Source of the DNA: Squalus acanthias
Lineage: Eukaryota
Assembly (NCBI GenBank): GCA_030390025.1
Contig: CM059431.1
Location: 155,808,001-155,872,000 of the forward strand
Direction of reading: 5' to 3'
Length of the DNA stretch: 64,000 nucleotides
Shown here one piece after another: positions 1-14,600 of this stretch. A program made the position numbers and the translations under genes. Under the pieces are notes generated by a model. The model made no database searches. It was not told the origin of the DNA and saw only the letters and a program-made list of their open reading frames with translations. Each line of letters begins with the position of its first letter. The stretch's first letter is position 1.

Positions 1-870
1 GCTGGGCTTGTAAAGTTCCGAATAACCCTTAGATATACGGCCTGTAAAATGTCAGAGTACCCTGTGCCATGCAAAAGTTTGCAGTACCCTGGGCTATTGA
101 GCCAGCAAAGAATCAGACTTACCTGGGCTGCACAGAACGTCATATGCTGCTGTGCTATTGAAACTGTGGAGGGTTAGCTTACACTGAGCTATTGGGCCTT
201 TACAGTGTAAAAGTACCCTGGGCTATTTGGCCTACAGAGTGTCAGAGCATCCTTGGATTTATAGAGTGTAAATGTACCGTCGGCTATTGGGCGTTTAGAG
301 GGTCAACGTATCGTTACTTTTGATCACGTAGTTGATCAGATATTGCTGTGTTATTGAGACTTTGGAGTTTCAAAATTTCATGGGATTTTGGGCATTCAGA
401 GGGTCAGAGAAATCTTGGAAATTGAGCCGAAAATGTTTACCTTAACCTGGGTTGTACATAGTTTCAGAGTACATTTTCTATTGGGCCTGAAGAGTACCAG
501 AGCACCTTTGTCTATGCAGAATGTCAGAGTAAACTGACATATTTTCCCAGTTGAATTTCGGAGTAGCTTGAGATTTGCAGAGAGTCAATGTGCATTGGGT
601 TACGAATAACGTAATGTACCCTGGGCTACTGAATCTGCAGAGGGTCAGAGTACCTGGGCTATTGAATCTGTAGAGAGTAAGTGTACCCAGGGCAATATGC
701 CGTCTAAACATTAAGAGGACCCGGGTGTTTATGGCCTCCAAATATATTTCGTGCTCTGTTGTTTGTAGAAGGCAAGGGTACCCTGGGCTTTTGGGCTTTT
801 TAAGGTCAGTTTAAGCTGCGATATTGGGCCTTTAGAGGGTTAGGGTTCCCTCAACTCTGAACCTATGTTA
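1..870 (+). repeat. Degenerate minisatellite 1 (about 34-bp unit ccctgggctattgggcctgtagagggtcagagta, with about 26-bp variants)
   Basis: Recurring cctgggctatt / gggtcagagta motifs. Confidence 0.85.
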
Positions 871-879
871 TTTCCCATT

Positions 880-3800
880 GGAAGCATATTGGAGCATTAG
901 CGACGCAGAGAACGTCGTGGATAGCACGTTTATCGAGTTGGCCACACCACAGGTAAAGCGTGTATAGGCAGGAACTGAATGTGCTACCACAAGGCAGAGT
1001 AAGAGGTGCAGGCCGGTAGTGCAGGGGTCCCCTTTGGCCATCCCTCTCACAAACAGATATACCACTTTGAATGCTGTTGGGGGGGATGACTTATCAGGAG
1101 AAAGCAGCAGCAGCCAACTTCCTGGCACCAGGGGTGGCTCTGCTGCACAGGCTGAAAGGAAAAAGTGTGGTAGATCTATAATGATAGGGGATTCAATTGT
1201 GAGGGGAACAGATAGGCGTTTCTGAGGCTGCAAACGAGATTCCAGGATGGTGTGTTGCCTCCCTGGTGCAAGGGTCAAGGACGTCTCGGCGCGGCTACAG
1301 AACATTTTGGAGGGGGAGGGCGAACAGCCAGTTGTCGTGGTGCACATAGGCATCAACGATATAGGTAAAAAACGGGATGAGGTCCTAAAAGCAGAAGACA
1401 TGGAGTTAGCAGGCAAATAAAAAAATAGGATCTCAAAGGTAGTAATCTAAGGATTGCTACCAGTGCCACGTGCCAGACAGGGTAGAAATAGAAAAATATT
1501 TCAAATGAATACGTGGCTAGAGGAATGGTGCAAGGAGGAGGGATTCAAATTCCTTGGACATTGGATCCGGTTCTGGGGGAGGTGGGACCAGTCCAAAGGG
1601 ACGGTCTGCACCTGGGCAGGGCCGGGACCGATGTGCCAGGGGGAGTGTTTGCTAGTGCTGTTGGGGAGGGTTTAAACTAAAGTGGCAGGGGGTTGGGAAC
1701 CAGAGAAGGGAGGCAGAGGAAAGTGAAACAAGGATAAAAGCAAAAGACAGGAAGGAGAAAAACAAAAGTAGAAGTCAAAGAACTCAACGGTTTAAATCAA
1801 ACATGGTCACAGTAAATAATAATTCATATAGGTCTGAGAGTATTAAAAAAAGACTGAAGGCTTTGTGTCTTCATGCAAGGAGCATTCGGAACAAGTTGGA
1901 TGAATTAGCTGCGCAAATAGAGGTAAATGAACACGATTTGATTGGGATTACAGAAACAAGGCTCCAGCGTGGACATTACTGGGAACTCAACATCCAGGGT
2001 TATTCAATATTTAGGGAAGATAGGCAAAAAAGAAAGGGAGGTGGGGTAGCATTGCTGGTTAAAGAGGGGATTAACACAATTGAAAGGAAGGATGTTAGCT
2101 CTGATGATGCGGAATCTGTATGGGTAGAACTGAGCAATAACAAGGGGCAGAAAACGTTAGTGGGAGTGGTATATAGACCTCCAAACAGTAATATGGAGTT
2201 TGGGGACGGCATTAAAAGGGAAATTAGAGAAGCATGCAGTAAGGGCACAGCAGTCATCATGGGTGACTTAAATTTACGTATAGATTGGGCTAAACAAATT
2301 AGAAAAAATACTGTGGAGTAGGAATTCCTAGAATGTTTACGGGATTGTTTTCTGGAATAATATGTCGAGAAACCAACCAGAGATCAGGCCATCTTAGACT
2401 GGGTACTATGTAACGAGAAAGGATTAATTAGCAATCTTGTTGTACGAGGCCCTTTGGGTCAGAGCGATGATAATATGATAGAATTCTTCATTAGGATGGA
2501 GAGTGAAGTAGTTGAATCAGAGACTAGGGTCCTGAATTTAAATAAAGGAAACTACGATGGTATGAGGTGCGAATTGGGTAGGATTGATTGGGGAATGTCA
2601 CTCAAAGCGTTGACGGTGGATAGGCAATGGCAAACATTCAAAGACTGCATGGATGAACTACAGAGTTTGGACGTCCCAGTGTGGCATAAGAATAAAACAA
2701 AAAGGGTGACTCATCCATGGCTAACAAGGGAAATTATGGATAGCATAAGATCCAAGGAGAGGGCATATAAATTGGTCAGAAAAAGCGGTAACCCTGAGGA
2801 TTGGGAGCAGTTTACGATTCAACAAAGTAGGACAAAGGGATTAATTAAGAAGGGGAAAATAGAATATGAAAGTAAGCTTGAGTGGAACAATAAAACTGAC
2901 TGTAAGAGCTTTTATAGATATGTGAAGAGATAAGGATTAGTGAAATCAAGTGTCGGTTCCTTGCAGTCAGAAGCGGGGGAAATTATAATGGGGAACAAAG
3001 AAATGGCAGACCAATTAAATGCATATTTTGGTTCTGTCGTCACAAAGGAGGACACAAATAACCTCCCAGAGATGTTGGAGAACATACGGTCTGATGAAAG
3101 GAAGGAACTGAAAGAAATCAGAATTTGCAAGAAAATGGTGTTAGGGAAATTGACGGGATTGAAGGCCGATAAATCCCCAGGGCCTGATAATCTACATCCT
3201 AGGGTACTTAAGGAAGTGGCCCTAGAAATAGTAGATGCATTGCTGATCATCTTCCAACATTCGATGGAATCTGGAAATGTACCCATGCATTGGAGGGTAG
3301 CTACTGTTACCACACTATTCAAAAAGTGTGGTTGAGAGAAAGTGGGGAATTACAGAATGGCAAGCCTGACATCGATAGTGGGGAAAATGCTAGAGTCCAT
3401 TATAAAGGATGTAATAGCGGAGCACTTGAAAAACAGTGACATGATTGGACAAAGTCAACATGGATTTACAAAAGGTAAATCGTGCTTGACTAATCTACTG
3501 GAATTTTTTGAGGATGTAACTCGAAAAATAGATAAGGTAGAACCAGTAGATCTGCTGTACTTGGACTTTCAAAAGGCTTTCGATAAGGTCCCGCATAAGA
3601 GATTAGGGTGTAAAGTTAAGGCACATGGGATTGGCGGCAAGGCATTGACTTGGAAAGAGAACAGGTTGGCGGACAGAAAGCAGAGAGTAGGAATTAATGG
3701 GTCTTTTTCCTTGTGGCAAGCAGTGACTAGTGGGGTAACGCAGGGATCGCTCCTTGGAACCCAGCTATTCACAAGATACATTAATGATCTAGATAAGGGA

Positions 3801-4750
3801 ACTAAATGTATTATCTCCAAGTTTGCAGATGACACAAAGCTGCGTGGGAGTGTGTGCTGCGAGGAGGATACCGAGAAACTCCAGGATGATTTGGACAGGC
3901 TGGGTGAGTGGGCAGAAGCGTGGCAGGTGCAATATAACGTGGATAAATGCGAGGTTATCCACTTTGGTGTCAAAAACAGAAAGGCAGCTATTATCTGAAT
4001 GGCAATAGATTGGGAGAAGGGTAAGTGCAATGAGACCTGGGTGTCCTTGTGCACCAGTCGCTGAAGGTAAGCATGCAGGTGCAGCAGGCGGTGAAGAAGG
4101 CAAATGGGATGTTGGCCTTCATAGCGAAAGGGTTTGAGTATAGGAGCAGGGATCTCCTGCTGAAGTTGTACAGGGCCTTGGTGAGACCACACCTTGAGTA
4201 CTGTCGGCAGTTCTGGTCGCCTTATCTGAGGAAGGATGTTCTTGCCATGGAAGAGTTCAGCGAAGATTCACAAGGCTGATACCTGGGATGGCAGGAATGA
4301 CATATGAGGAGATATTGGGTCGATTGGGCTTATACTTGCTGGAGTATGGAAGAATGAGAGGGGATCTCATCGAAACATATAAAATTCTGACAGGTCTGGA
4401 CAAACTAGATGCATGAAGAATGTTCCCGATGTTCGGAGAGTACAGAACCAGGGGTCATAATCTAAGGATAAGGGGTAAGCCACTTAGGACAGAAATGAGG
4501 AAGAATTTCTTCACCCAGAGAGTGGTGAACCTGTGGAATTCTCTACCACAGAAGGTAGTTGAGGCCAAGTCATTAAATATATTCAAGAATGAGTTAGATA
4601 TATTTCTTAAATCTAAAGGTATCAAGGGATATGGGGAGAAGGCAGGTACAGGGTACTGAGTTTGTATGTTCAGCCATGATCTCATTAAATGGCGCAGCAG
4701 GCTCGAGGGGCCGAATGGCCTACTGCTGCTCCTATCTTCTATGTTTCTAT
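880..4750 (+). mobile_element. CR1-clade LINE, near full length, degenerate (ORF1 SGNH esterase remnant; ORF2 APE endonuclease and RT)
   Basis: ORF1 IGDSIVRGTDRRF; ORF2 GITET, GVVYRPP, YLDFQKAFDKVPH, KFADDTK; 3' UTR ggccgaatggcctact...ttctatgtttctat; stops and frameshifts. Confidence 0.95.
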
Positions 4751-4751
4751 T

Positions 4752-5830
4752 TCAGAATACCTTATCTGTTGCGCCTGTAAAGGACCAGAATACACTACTT
4801 ATAAAGAGATTCAGAAGATCATGGCTATTGGGAATTTAGATGGTCAGAGTACCCTGGTTCATTGGATATGCAGACGGTCAAAGCAACCCGGGACACTGGA
4901 CCACTTAAGGGTCAGTGCACCATCGGCTATGCCAAGGGCCGAGTACCTGGGGTACACAAACGATAAGATTACGCTGGCATATTTGGTGTTTAGATGATCT
5001 CAAATTGGTGCTTTCCAGGATCTGAGTTCGTTCAGCTTCCAGCCTAGGGAAAGTCAGAGTACCTGAGCTATTGGGCCTGTAAAGGGTCAGAGTACACTGA
5101 CGTATAAAGAGGCTCAGCCTAAAATTGCTATTGGGCGTGTCAATGGTTAGAATATCTGCGCTACTGAGTCTTTAAATGGTCAGAATACCAGGGCTACTGG
5201 ATATGTACAGGCTCTGCGTTCTTGGGCTCTTGAATCTGTAGAGGGTCCAAGTACTATATAGATGTTGGACTAACCTGGGCTATTGAGTAAGTATAGGCTC
5301 AGAATGCCTGGGCTATTGAGTCTGCAGAGGGAAAGAGTATCCTGGGCTATTGGGCTTGTAGAGGTTCAGAATACTGTGGTCCATTGGGTCTGCAGAGGGT
5401 CCGAGTACCCTGGGCATTACAGAAGGTAAACTTACGTTAGGCTATTGGACATTTGGAGGGTCAGAGGACCTGGGAAATTGGGCATTTAGATTGTTTAAGT
5501 TAACGCCGGTACTGAGTCGGTACAATGTCCGTACTGCGGCTATTGGGTCCAGAAAGGATCAGAGTACCTGAACTATAAAGAGGGACAGGGTACCCTGACC
5601 TATTGGGATTCAGAATATCAAATTAAACTAGACGATGACCCTTTAGAGGGTAAGCGCACCCTGGGCAATGCAGTGGGTAAGAGTACCCAGAGTTGTTGGC
5701 ACTGTAGAGGGTCATATTTCCCTGCGATTTGCAGAGCGCTTGAGCACCGTGGTAGAGGGTCAGACTACCCAGTAGTATTTGAGCCAAAGCGGTTCAGATT
5801 ATTCGGTGATTTTGTGCTTTTAGAGCCCCA
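4752..5830 (+). repeat. Minisatellite 1, continued after the CR1 insertion
   Basis: Same unit motifs as 1-870. Confidence 0.85.
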
Positions 5831-5949
5831 ACTTGTCTGCCGCTTTTCCTAGATCAAAACAGTGACTACACATTGAAAAAGTAATTAATTGACTTTAAAG
5901 CGCTTTTAGACGTCCTGACTCGCTACATTAATGCAATTCTTTCTTTCCT

Positions 5950-8900
5950 CTATCTTTCTGAAATGAGGAGAATACCTTGGCAATAATGATCAGAGTATAA
6001 TACCGCTTAAGATAATAATTGAGAAGGAATAATGAATAACAAAGACCAGGTTAATATTTTGGATCAACGCTAATTTTGAGGGTTTGAGAATAGAACTTGT
6101 TACATAACATGGACAACAATATTGGCAAAAAATGATGTAGAACAGCACTGGGAAACATTAAAAATAGGTTGGTCAGCAGTGTCCATGAAAAATATATTCA
6201 GCTAAAAAACAAGAACAAACTAAGTACTAATAATGGATGAACGTAGATGTTAGGGAAAAATTGAAGGTAAGAAAGGAGGCGTAAATGAAGTACACAGACA
6301 GCAGCGGAGATTGTGCCAAGGAAAAACACAAAGAGCTTAGGAGAGAAGTAAAAAAAACAGAAATGCAAACAGGAACTGTTAAATTAAATTATCAAGTTTC
6401 ATAGAACAAAATAGTAAAGGAAAACTTCTACAGACACACAAAAAAAAGGAAAATCGGGATGTGAAAAGGCCACTAAGGGCCGGAAAGCGATAGCTAAATG
6501 GCAGAAATAATAAATAATTATTTTGCTTCAGTACTTGCTACGGAGAAGAATAGTTTGGACATGATATCGGAAGAAAAAATAGAGAAATTATTTAACCGCA
6601 TTCAAAATAAATAAAGAGTAACAATATTAAATAACATATTCAGACTCAAAGAGGTTAACAACCATTTGTCTCAACGGATTGCATCCGTGCATTTTTAAAG
6701 AATCTGGATAAGATAGCAGACGCACTATTACACATATTTAATAAGTCTTTAGAAATGCATGTAATGTCAGAGGACCGGTAATAGCTAAAGTTGTATCGAT
6801 ATTTAAGAAAGGCTATAGTACTTGTCCAGGCAATTATAGACCAGTCAGCATAATATCGGTGGTAGGAAAATAAAGGAAACCAAGCTAAAGTTGAAAACAA
6901 AAACATCTAGGAACAAAAACTATAACAATGAATAGTAATCATGGATTTCTAAAGGAAAAATCTTGCTCGACCATCCTCAATGAATCCTTCGAGAAGGTAA
7001 CAGATGGAGTAGACAAAGTTAATACAGTCGATGGAACGTATGTAATAGGCTGACAGGCCTTTGATAAGGTACCACACAATAGATTAATGAATAAGGTCCA
7101 AGCATGCGGAGTAGGCAAACAAGTAGCATAATGGATAGCTAGCTAGTTGCAAGACAGAATGAATAGCGTGGGGGTAATGGTTAGCTATTACATTGGCAGA
7201 AGGTGGGAAGTGGAGTCCCACAAGGATCAGTGCTGGGACCAGTGCATTCACAATTTACATTAACGATTTAGACTTTGGAATCAAAAGTACAATTTCTAAA
7301 TTTGCGAACGACACCAGATTGGGTGGGGGATATTCAATACTAAGGCCCACGGCAATTCATTACAAGAAGAAATTGCAGAATGGCAATATTATGGGCAAAT
7401 ACATTTGAACACATTTGGAAAGAAAAGTAAGGAGGTCATATATTATTTGGAAAGTAAGAATCTAAATGGGGTAGCGGGGCAAGGGGATCTGGGAGTGCAA
7501 ATTCACAAATAAGTAAACAATGCGATGCAGGTTTATAATTCCACAAAAATGAAAACCAAGCAGTAGAGTTTATTTCTAGAGGTAAAGAATTGAAAAATAA
7601 ACAATTTATGCTAAACTTGTAAGGAACCATGGTTCGACATCACGTGGAGTACGATGTACAGCTCTCGTCGCCATACTATAAAAATAATATAGAGGCACAG
7701 GAGAGGGTTCAAAGAAGATTTACAAGGAGGATAGCAGAACTGTGAGGTTACACCTATCAGAGTTAATCTAAATATTAGCATACCTTATCTATAAATATAA
7801 ATTATATTAGCATGGATAGAGGATTGGTTAATGGACAGAAAATAGAGAGTACGGAGACACGGGTCATTTTCATGTTGGCAAGCTGTACCTTGTGGGGTGA
7901 CGCAACGATCAGTGCTGGCGCATCAGCTATTTACAATTAAAGATGAAGGGACCGAGTGTAATGTGTCCAAGTTTGCTGACAAAGCTTGGTGGGACAGTAA
8001 GCTGTGAGGAGGACACAACTAGGCTGCAAAGCGATTTAGACAGTTTACCTGAGTGGGCAATAAGTTGGCAGCTAGAGAGTATAATGTGGGGATATGTGAG
8101 TTTATTCACTTTGAAAGGAAGAATACATAAACGGAATAGTTTTGAAATATTGAGAAAGTAGAAAACGTTGGTGTTCAGAGAGATTTAGTTGTCCTCGTAC
8201 AAGAAACATAAAAAGTTAGCATGCTGTTGGGAAGGCAAGTGGCATGTTGGCCTTTTTTGCAAGGGGTTTGGAGTACACGATTAAGGAAATATTGCTACAA
8301 TTATACAGGGCTTTGGTAAGACCACATCTGGTGTATTGTGCACATTTTTTGTCTCCTTATCCTTGAAGGCGGTGCAACGAAGTTTCGCTAAATTGATTCC
8401 TGGTATCAGAGGGCTGACCTATGATGAGAGATTGAGTAGATTGGACTTGTGATCTCTGGAGTTTATAAAAATAAGAGCTGATCTAATTGAAACATATAAG
8501 ATTATGAGGGGTTTGACCGGGTAGATGCTAAGGAGTATTTTCCCTTGGCTGGAGAGTCTTGAACTAGAGGGCATAGTCTCAGGATCAGGGGTCCGCTATT
8601 GCAGTCTGAGATGAGGAGGAATTTCTGCACTCAGAGGGTTGTGGATCTTTGGAATTTGGATGCTGAGTTGTTGAGTATAATCAAGGTTGGGATAGATAGA
8701 TATTTGGACTCTAGGGGAATCCAGGGAGATGGGGATCGGGCGGGAAAGTGGAGTTGTGGTCGAATATCAGCCATGATGTTCAACTGTTTCAGTGTCAGAG
8801 TCAGCTGTGGCTCAGTTGTTGCCACACTCGCCTCTGAGGGAAAAAGGTGGTGGATTTATATCTCACTCCAGGGATTTGAGCACAAAACTCCAGGCTGAAA

Positions 8901-9720
8901 GTCCAGTGCAGTAGTGAGGGAGCGCTGCCCTATCGCAGGTGCCGTCTTTCGGATGAGACGTTAATGTGAGGCCACGTCTGCCTTCTTAGAAGACCTTAAA
9001 AGATCCCATGGCACTATCACGAAAAGAGCAGGGGAGTTATCCCCGGTGTCCTGGGGCCCAATATTTATGCCTCAATCAACATCACTGAAACAGATTATCT
9101 GGTCATTATCACATTGGTGTTTGTGCGAGCTTGCTTTGCAAAGATTTGCTGCTACGTTTCCTACATTACAACAGTGACAACAGTTCAAAAAGTACATAAT
9201 TGGCTGTAAAGCATTTTGGGACGTGCGGTGGTTGTGAAAGGCGCTATGGAAATTCAACTATTTCTCTTTACTTCATGATCTTATTGAATGGCGAGGCAGA
9301 CTCGAGGGGCCGTGTGGCCTACTCCTGCTCCTATTTCTTATGTTCTTACGTTGGTAGTTCCTTAAAATTATGAAACTTTTTGATAGTGTGTACACAGAGA
9401 GTGTTTGCACTTGTGTGGAAGAGCAAAACTAGAGGTCAGGAATATAAGATAGTCAACAAGAAAATACATAGGAAATTCAGAAGAAACTATTTAACTGGAA
9501 AGTGGCGAAAATGTAGAACTCGCGACAACAGGGACTAGTGGAGGAGAATATTGTAGATGCGTTTAAGGGAAGCAAGATAAGCATAGGCGGAATAGGGATT
9601 TGAGGGTTATGCTAATAGATGCAGAATAGGAAGTATGGGAGGAGGCTCGAGTGGGGCATAAACACTGACATAAACTTCTTGGGCAGAATAGGCTGTTTCT
9701 GTGCTGTTTAATACTGTTAA
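5950..9720 (+). mobile_element. Old CR1 ORF2 remnant (5950-7760 and 9350-9720) with a second CR1 3' fragment nested inside (about 7760-9349)
   Basis: RT-like fragments (FTIYINDLDFGIKSTISKFANDT), two separate 3' ends, heavily mutated. Confidence 0.8.
8778..9273 (+). mobile_element. tRNA-derived Deu-domain SINE (SacSINE1/AmnSINE1-like) inserted in a CR1 3' UTR
   Basis: Head gtcagctgtggctcagttg; Deu core gtgccgtctttcggatgagacgttaa...agatcccatggcacta...cccggtgtcctgg; tail gtaaagcattttgggacg...gtgaaaggcgctat; flanked by catgat (8772-8777 and 9274-9279). Confidence 0.8.
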
Positions 9721-9879
9721 ATCAATCTAATTATCGGATGATAAATGGGTCTATGTAGCAAGAGTCATCAGTCGATCGCTGTTAAATTCTTGTTATCAAA
9801 CATCAGTTGCAATGACACAGTGACCTCTCTGAGTTAAAACGTTGGCCCTCAATCAGCGATCGGAAGCTTCCTTTGGCGG

Positions 9880-10460
9880 GAGGTATGGTGGCTTGCGTTC
9901 TTGGGCCTCTTCGGGTAGGCGCTGACAGAGGCCCACGTACCCAAGGGGCGGCCCAACCAATAAAAGAAGGGAATCCCCATTGATACCTATGGAGTTGCGT
10001 ACGTATTGAACTCACATAAGTATGAATGGGGTTCACTTTAGAAATGCACGGACACATGAAATAAATAAAAATAAAATTACATTTAAAATTAATTAAAAAG
10101 CCATTAAATTAAATATTTTAAACGGAAATGTAATTTTGTGAAAAATGTTTTATATGTTTTAACGTGTCTAAAAATATACTTACCTTACTCGACAGGGTTT
10201 TTATTGTATAAATGAGTGATAAGATTTAAGTTTTCTATTTTTTAAAACTGTTATGCTGGCATTCAGCGAGCGGAAGTTGGGCAAATAGCGCAATTCTCCA
10301 TCCGCGGAGGATATTCTCCCGCGGTTGATGAGGATTCATGACCGCAAGTTCCGGCTTTTAGAGTATGTGCATCGCATGCCTAAACCCGGAGCTTGCTCGG
10401 CCCCTACCGGCGCCTACCTACCTCGTACGCACCCGTCGGGGTCGCTAAAAACGTCCCGTT
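9880..10460. mobile_element. Degenerate non-autonomous DNA element (MITE-like)
   Basis: GC-rich ends with an AT-rich core, organised like the MITEs at 16745, 20265 and 36628 but reversed. Confidence 0.45.
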
Positions 10461-10735
10461 GTGTTTGGAAATATCTTCCAGGGTCTCAGGGTTAGCCATC
10501 AGTGATGTGAAATATTGGATTTCGGTGATAATATGGTGTTGTGTTATATTTTGATAATTCTAGACCTCTAACTATGCAAATACGTCATAAATAAACAATA
10601 TATTTCAAATGTACTGAAAATAGAAGAATCTTTGCTTCCGACGTAAAATGTATACGTTTTATACTGTTAATGACGATATTGCTCATGAGTTAATTTCTAA
10701 AACGAAATTGTGCTCAGTAAATTCCTGGTCATTAC

Positions 10736-10787
10736 CTTGAGCTGCTGTTCCTGATGCTGTTTCCAGAGAGACTGGGTAAGTTGGCAT
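10736..10787 (-). CDS. Candidate first coding exon of a neighbouring minus-strand gene (MPTYPVSLETASGTAAQ, phase 1)
   Basis: cacaATGc start, donor CAAG|gtaatg, GC box GGGCGGGGAG about 100 bp upstream, inside a repeat-free island. Confidence 0.25.
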
Positions 10788-11699
10788 TGTGGGTGCAGTA
10801 GTTTAATGAACACACCCTGCGTAAAGATCAGTTACACGTCTCAGTCATAAAGACAACCTTAAGTCTGAACAGTGCAATCCCTCCCCGCCCTGACCTCCGT
10901 GCAGGACTCGATCTGAATCTTACACGGCCTCTTCAAAATGAAATGGTCTGATCAATTATTGATCTTTTACACAAAATTTTTGAACGTTTGTGAGGTAATT
11001 ATAGTTACATTACCACCGAATGCTCAATCTGCGATGCAGAATACCCCACATAGTAACTTGGTTCTGTAGGCCGAATCAGTTCGGTTACACATTTCGAGTT
11101 CATTGCTCATCATAAAAGCTCTTTATTATCGGACTATGAAAGGCCACAGATAACAAGGGACAAAGATCGCTGTTAGTTTATTTGGAACAAACACCCGAGG
11201 AAAGTACACTGTGAAATCTCTGTTAACACGTTAACGCTTTGGAATTATTGTCCTTTTCGATCATTAGCTGCTCCTTTGTAACAATTCTAACTCTTTGTAA
11301 ATGTAATACCATCAGATCCCGGTGCATAGCAACAGGACGAGGCCATTCAATCCCTCGCGCCTGTCCCGCCACTTAATTTGATCATAACTAACCTGTTTCT
11401 TAAATCTATCTACCCGTCTTGGTTCTGTAAACATTAATACCTTTGCCTAATTAAAATGTCACCACCTCAGTTTTGAAATGTTGAATTGACCTAGCCTCAA
11501 CACAAGGTTTTCCAGAGAGTTTTCCATATTGCCACTAGCCTTTTGTCAAGACGTGCTTTCTGACATCACCTCTGAGTGGCCTGGCTCTATTCTGTGGAGG
11601 GACAGTTTGCACTGATCTACGGAGCATTTTGAGCATCAGAGTAACCTTGGCTATTGGGCCGACAGCCGGTTTGAGTACGCTGGGCTACTGAGTCTGAAG

Positions 11700-14600
11700 A
11701 CTAACTTGGCAGGGGGATGGGATACGGAGTGGAGCTAAAGTAGGGGGTGATGCACAGCCAAATATAGAGGAAAAAACAAGTCAGCCTGGAAGGCAGAGCA
11801 AATATGTAACGGCACAAGGGAGTATGGCAAGGCTGGTTGTCATTTATTTTAATGCAAGGAATCTTGCGAGTAAGATATTTGAATTGAAGGTGTTGATGAA
11901 AACATGGGAGTATGATATTGTTGCTGTCACAGAGACATGATTGAGGGACGGGCAGGACTGGCAGCTCAATATTCCGGGGTATAGAATCTTCAGGCGAGAC
12001 AAAGGGGGGTGTAAAAGAGGAGGGGGTGTCGCAATATTAATCAACGAGTCAATTACTGCTGTAAAGAGGGATGATATCTTAGCAGGTTCATCTAATGAGA
12101 CCATATGGGTACAACTTAAAAACTAAATTGGGCAAGCACTTTGCTGGGAGTGTACTATAGGCCCCAAACATTCAGGGGGAGATAGAGGAACAGATATGTA
12201 GACAAATCTCAGGGAAGTGTAGAAATAATAGGGTAATAATAGTAGGGGATTACAACTTCAACAATATTAACTGGGATAGTCAGAGTGTGAAAGGCTTAGA
12301 GGGTGCGGAATTCTTAAAGTGCATCCAGGAGAGCTTTTCGAGCCAGCATGTAGAAAGTCCTACAAGAGAGGGGGCGGTACTGGACATAATTCTAGGGAAT
12401 GTAGTCGGGCAAGTGGTAGAAGTGTTAGTAGGAGAGCATGTTGTTGACAGTGACCATAATTCGGTGAGATTTAAGGTAGTCATGGAAAAAGACAAAGATG
12501 GACAAGAAATAAAGGTTTTAAATTGGGGGAAGGCCGATTTCAATATGGTAAGGCAGGACCTGGCCAAAGTGGACTGGGATCAGCTACTTGTAGGAAAATC
12601 CACATCAGAGCAGTGGGAGACTTTCAGAAAGGAAATAGAGATAGTACAACGGCAACATGTTCCTGTAAAGTTCAAGTGTGGGAACAACCAGCCCAGTGAA
12701 CCCTGGATGTCAAGTGATATATGAGAATGGATTAGGAAAAAAAGGGAGGCTTTTGGCAGATACAAATGACTAAAAACAGTGGAAGCCTTAGAGGAGTATA
12801 GACAGTGCAGGGGTGGTACTTAAAAAAATAAATTAGTAGAGCGAAGAGGGGGCATGAAATAACACTGGTGGGCAAAATAAAGGAAAATCCCAAGGTGTTT
12901 TATAAGTATATTAAGGGCAAGAGGATAACTAGGGAAAGAGTAGAGCACAATAGGGACCAAAGTGGCAATGTGTGTGTAGAGCCAGAAGTTGTAGGTGGAG
13001 TTTTAAATGATTATTTTGCATCTGTGTTCAGTATGGAGAAGGACGATGCAGGCATATAAATCAGACAGGGGGTTCGTGATATACTTGAACAAATTACTAT
13101 TGAGAGGCAGGAGGTACTAGCGGTTTTATCGGGCTTATAGGTGGATAAATCCCCAGGCTCAGACGGGATTTATCCCAGGCTGCTGTGTGAGGCAAGGGAG
13201 GAGATTGCAGGGGCTCTGACACAAATTTTCAGAACATCTGTGTTCACAGGGGAGGTGCCAGAGGACTGGAGAACAGCTAACGTAGTGCCGTTATTCAAGA
13301 AGGGTAGTATGGTTAAACCAGGGAATTATAGGCTCGTGAGCCTTACATCAGTGGTAGGGAAATTGTTGGAAAAAATTCTGAGGGACAGAATTAGTCTCCA
13401 CTTGGAGAGACAAGGATTAATCAAAAATAGTCAGCATGGCTTTGTCACGGGGAGATCATGTCTGACCAATTTGATTGAATTTTTCGAGGGGGTGACTAGG
13501 TGTGTGGAGGAGGGTAGTGCAGTTGATGTCGTCTTCATGGAATTCAGTAAGGCTTTTGACAAAGTCCTGCATGGGAGACTGATCAAGAAGGTAAGAGCCC
13601 ATGGGATCCAGGGCAACTTGGCACATTGGATCCAAAATTGGCTTAGTGGCAGGAGGCAGAGGGTAATGTTCGAATGTTGCTTTTGTGACAGGAAGCCTTT
13701 GTCCAGTGGTGTACCGGAGGGATCGGTGCTGGGTCCTTTGCTGTTTTAAGTGTACAATAATGATTTAGATATGATTGTAGGAGGTATGATCAGTAAATTC
13801 GCAGTTGACACGAAAATTGGTGGGGTGGTAAATAGCGAGGAGGGAACCCTCAGTCTACAGGACGAAATAGACGGGCTGGTCAGATGGGCAGAACAGTGGC
13901 AAATGGAATTTAACCCTGAAAAGTGTGAGGTGATCCATTTTGGGAGGATTAACAAGGCAAGGGAATTCACAATGAATCGTACGAACCTAGGAAGGACAAA
14001 GGTTCAGAGGGACCTCGGTGTGCATATACAAAGATCCCTGAAGGCAGCAGGACAGGTAGATGAGATGGTTAACAAGGCATATGGGATACTTGCCTTCATT
14101 AGCCGAGGAATAGAATATATGAGCAGGGAGGTTATGATGGAGGTGTACAACACACTAGTTAGGCCACAGCTGGAATACAGTGTGCAGTTCTGGTCGCCAC
14201 ACTATAGGAAGGATGTGATTGCATTGGAGAGGGTGCAGAGGAGATTCACCAGGATGTTACCTGGGCTGGAGTGATTCAGCTATGAAGAGAGATTGGACTG
14301 CCTGGGGTTGTTTTCCTTAGAGCAGAGAAGGCTCAGGCGGGACCCGATTGAGGTTTACAAAATTATGAGGGGCATAGAGATGGTAGATAGAAAGGAACGT
14401 TTCCCCTTAGTAGAGGGGTCAATAACAATGGGGCATAGTTTCAAGGTAAGGGGCAGGAGGTTTAGCGGAGATTTGAGGAAAAACATTTTCACCCAGAGTG
14501 TGTTTGGAATCTGGAACTCACTGCCTCAAAGGGTGGTAGAGGCAGGAAACCTCACAACATTCAAGAAGCATTTAGATGATCACTTGAAACGCCATAGCAT

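Noticed and set aside
868..4685. Antisense ORFs (868..1416, 2912..3322, 3569..4192 and similar ones over other CR1s)
   Set aside because: Shadow frames of CR1 coding sequence.
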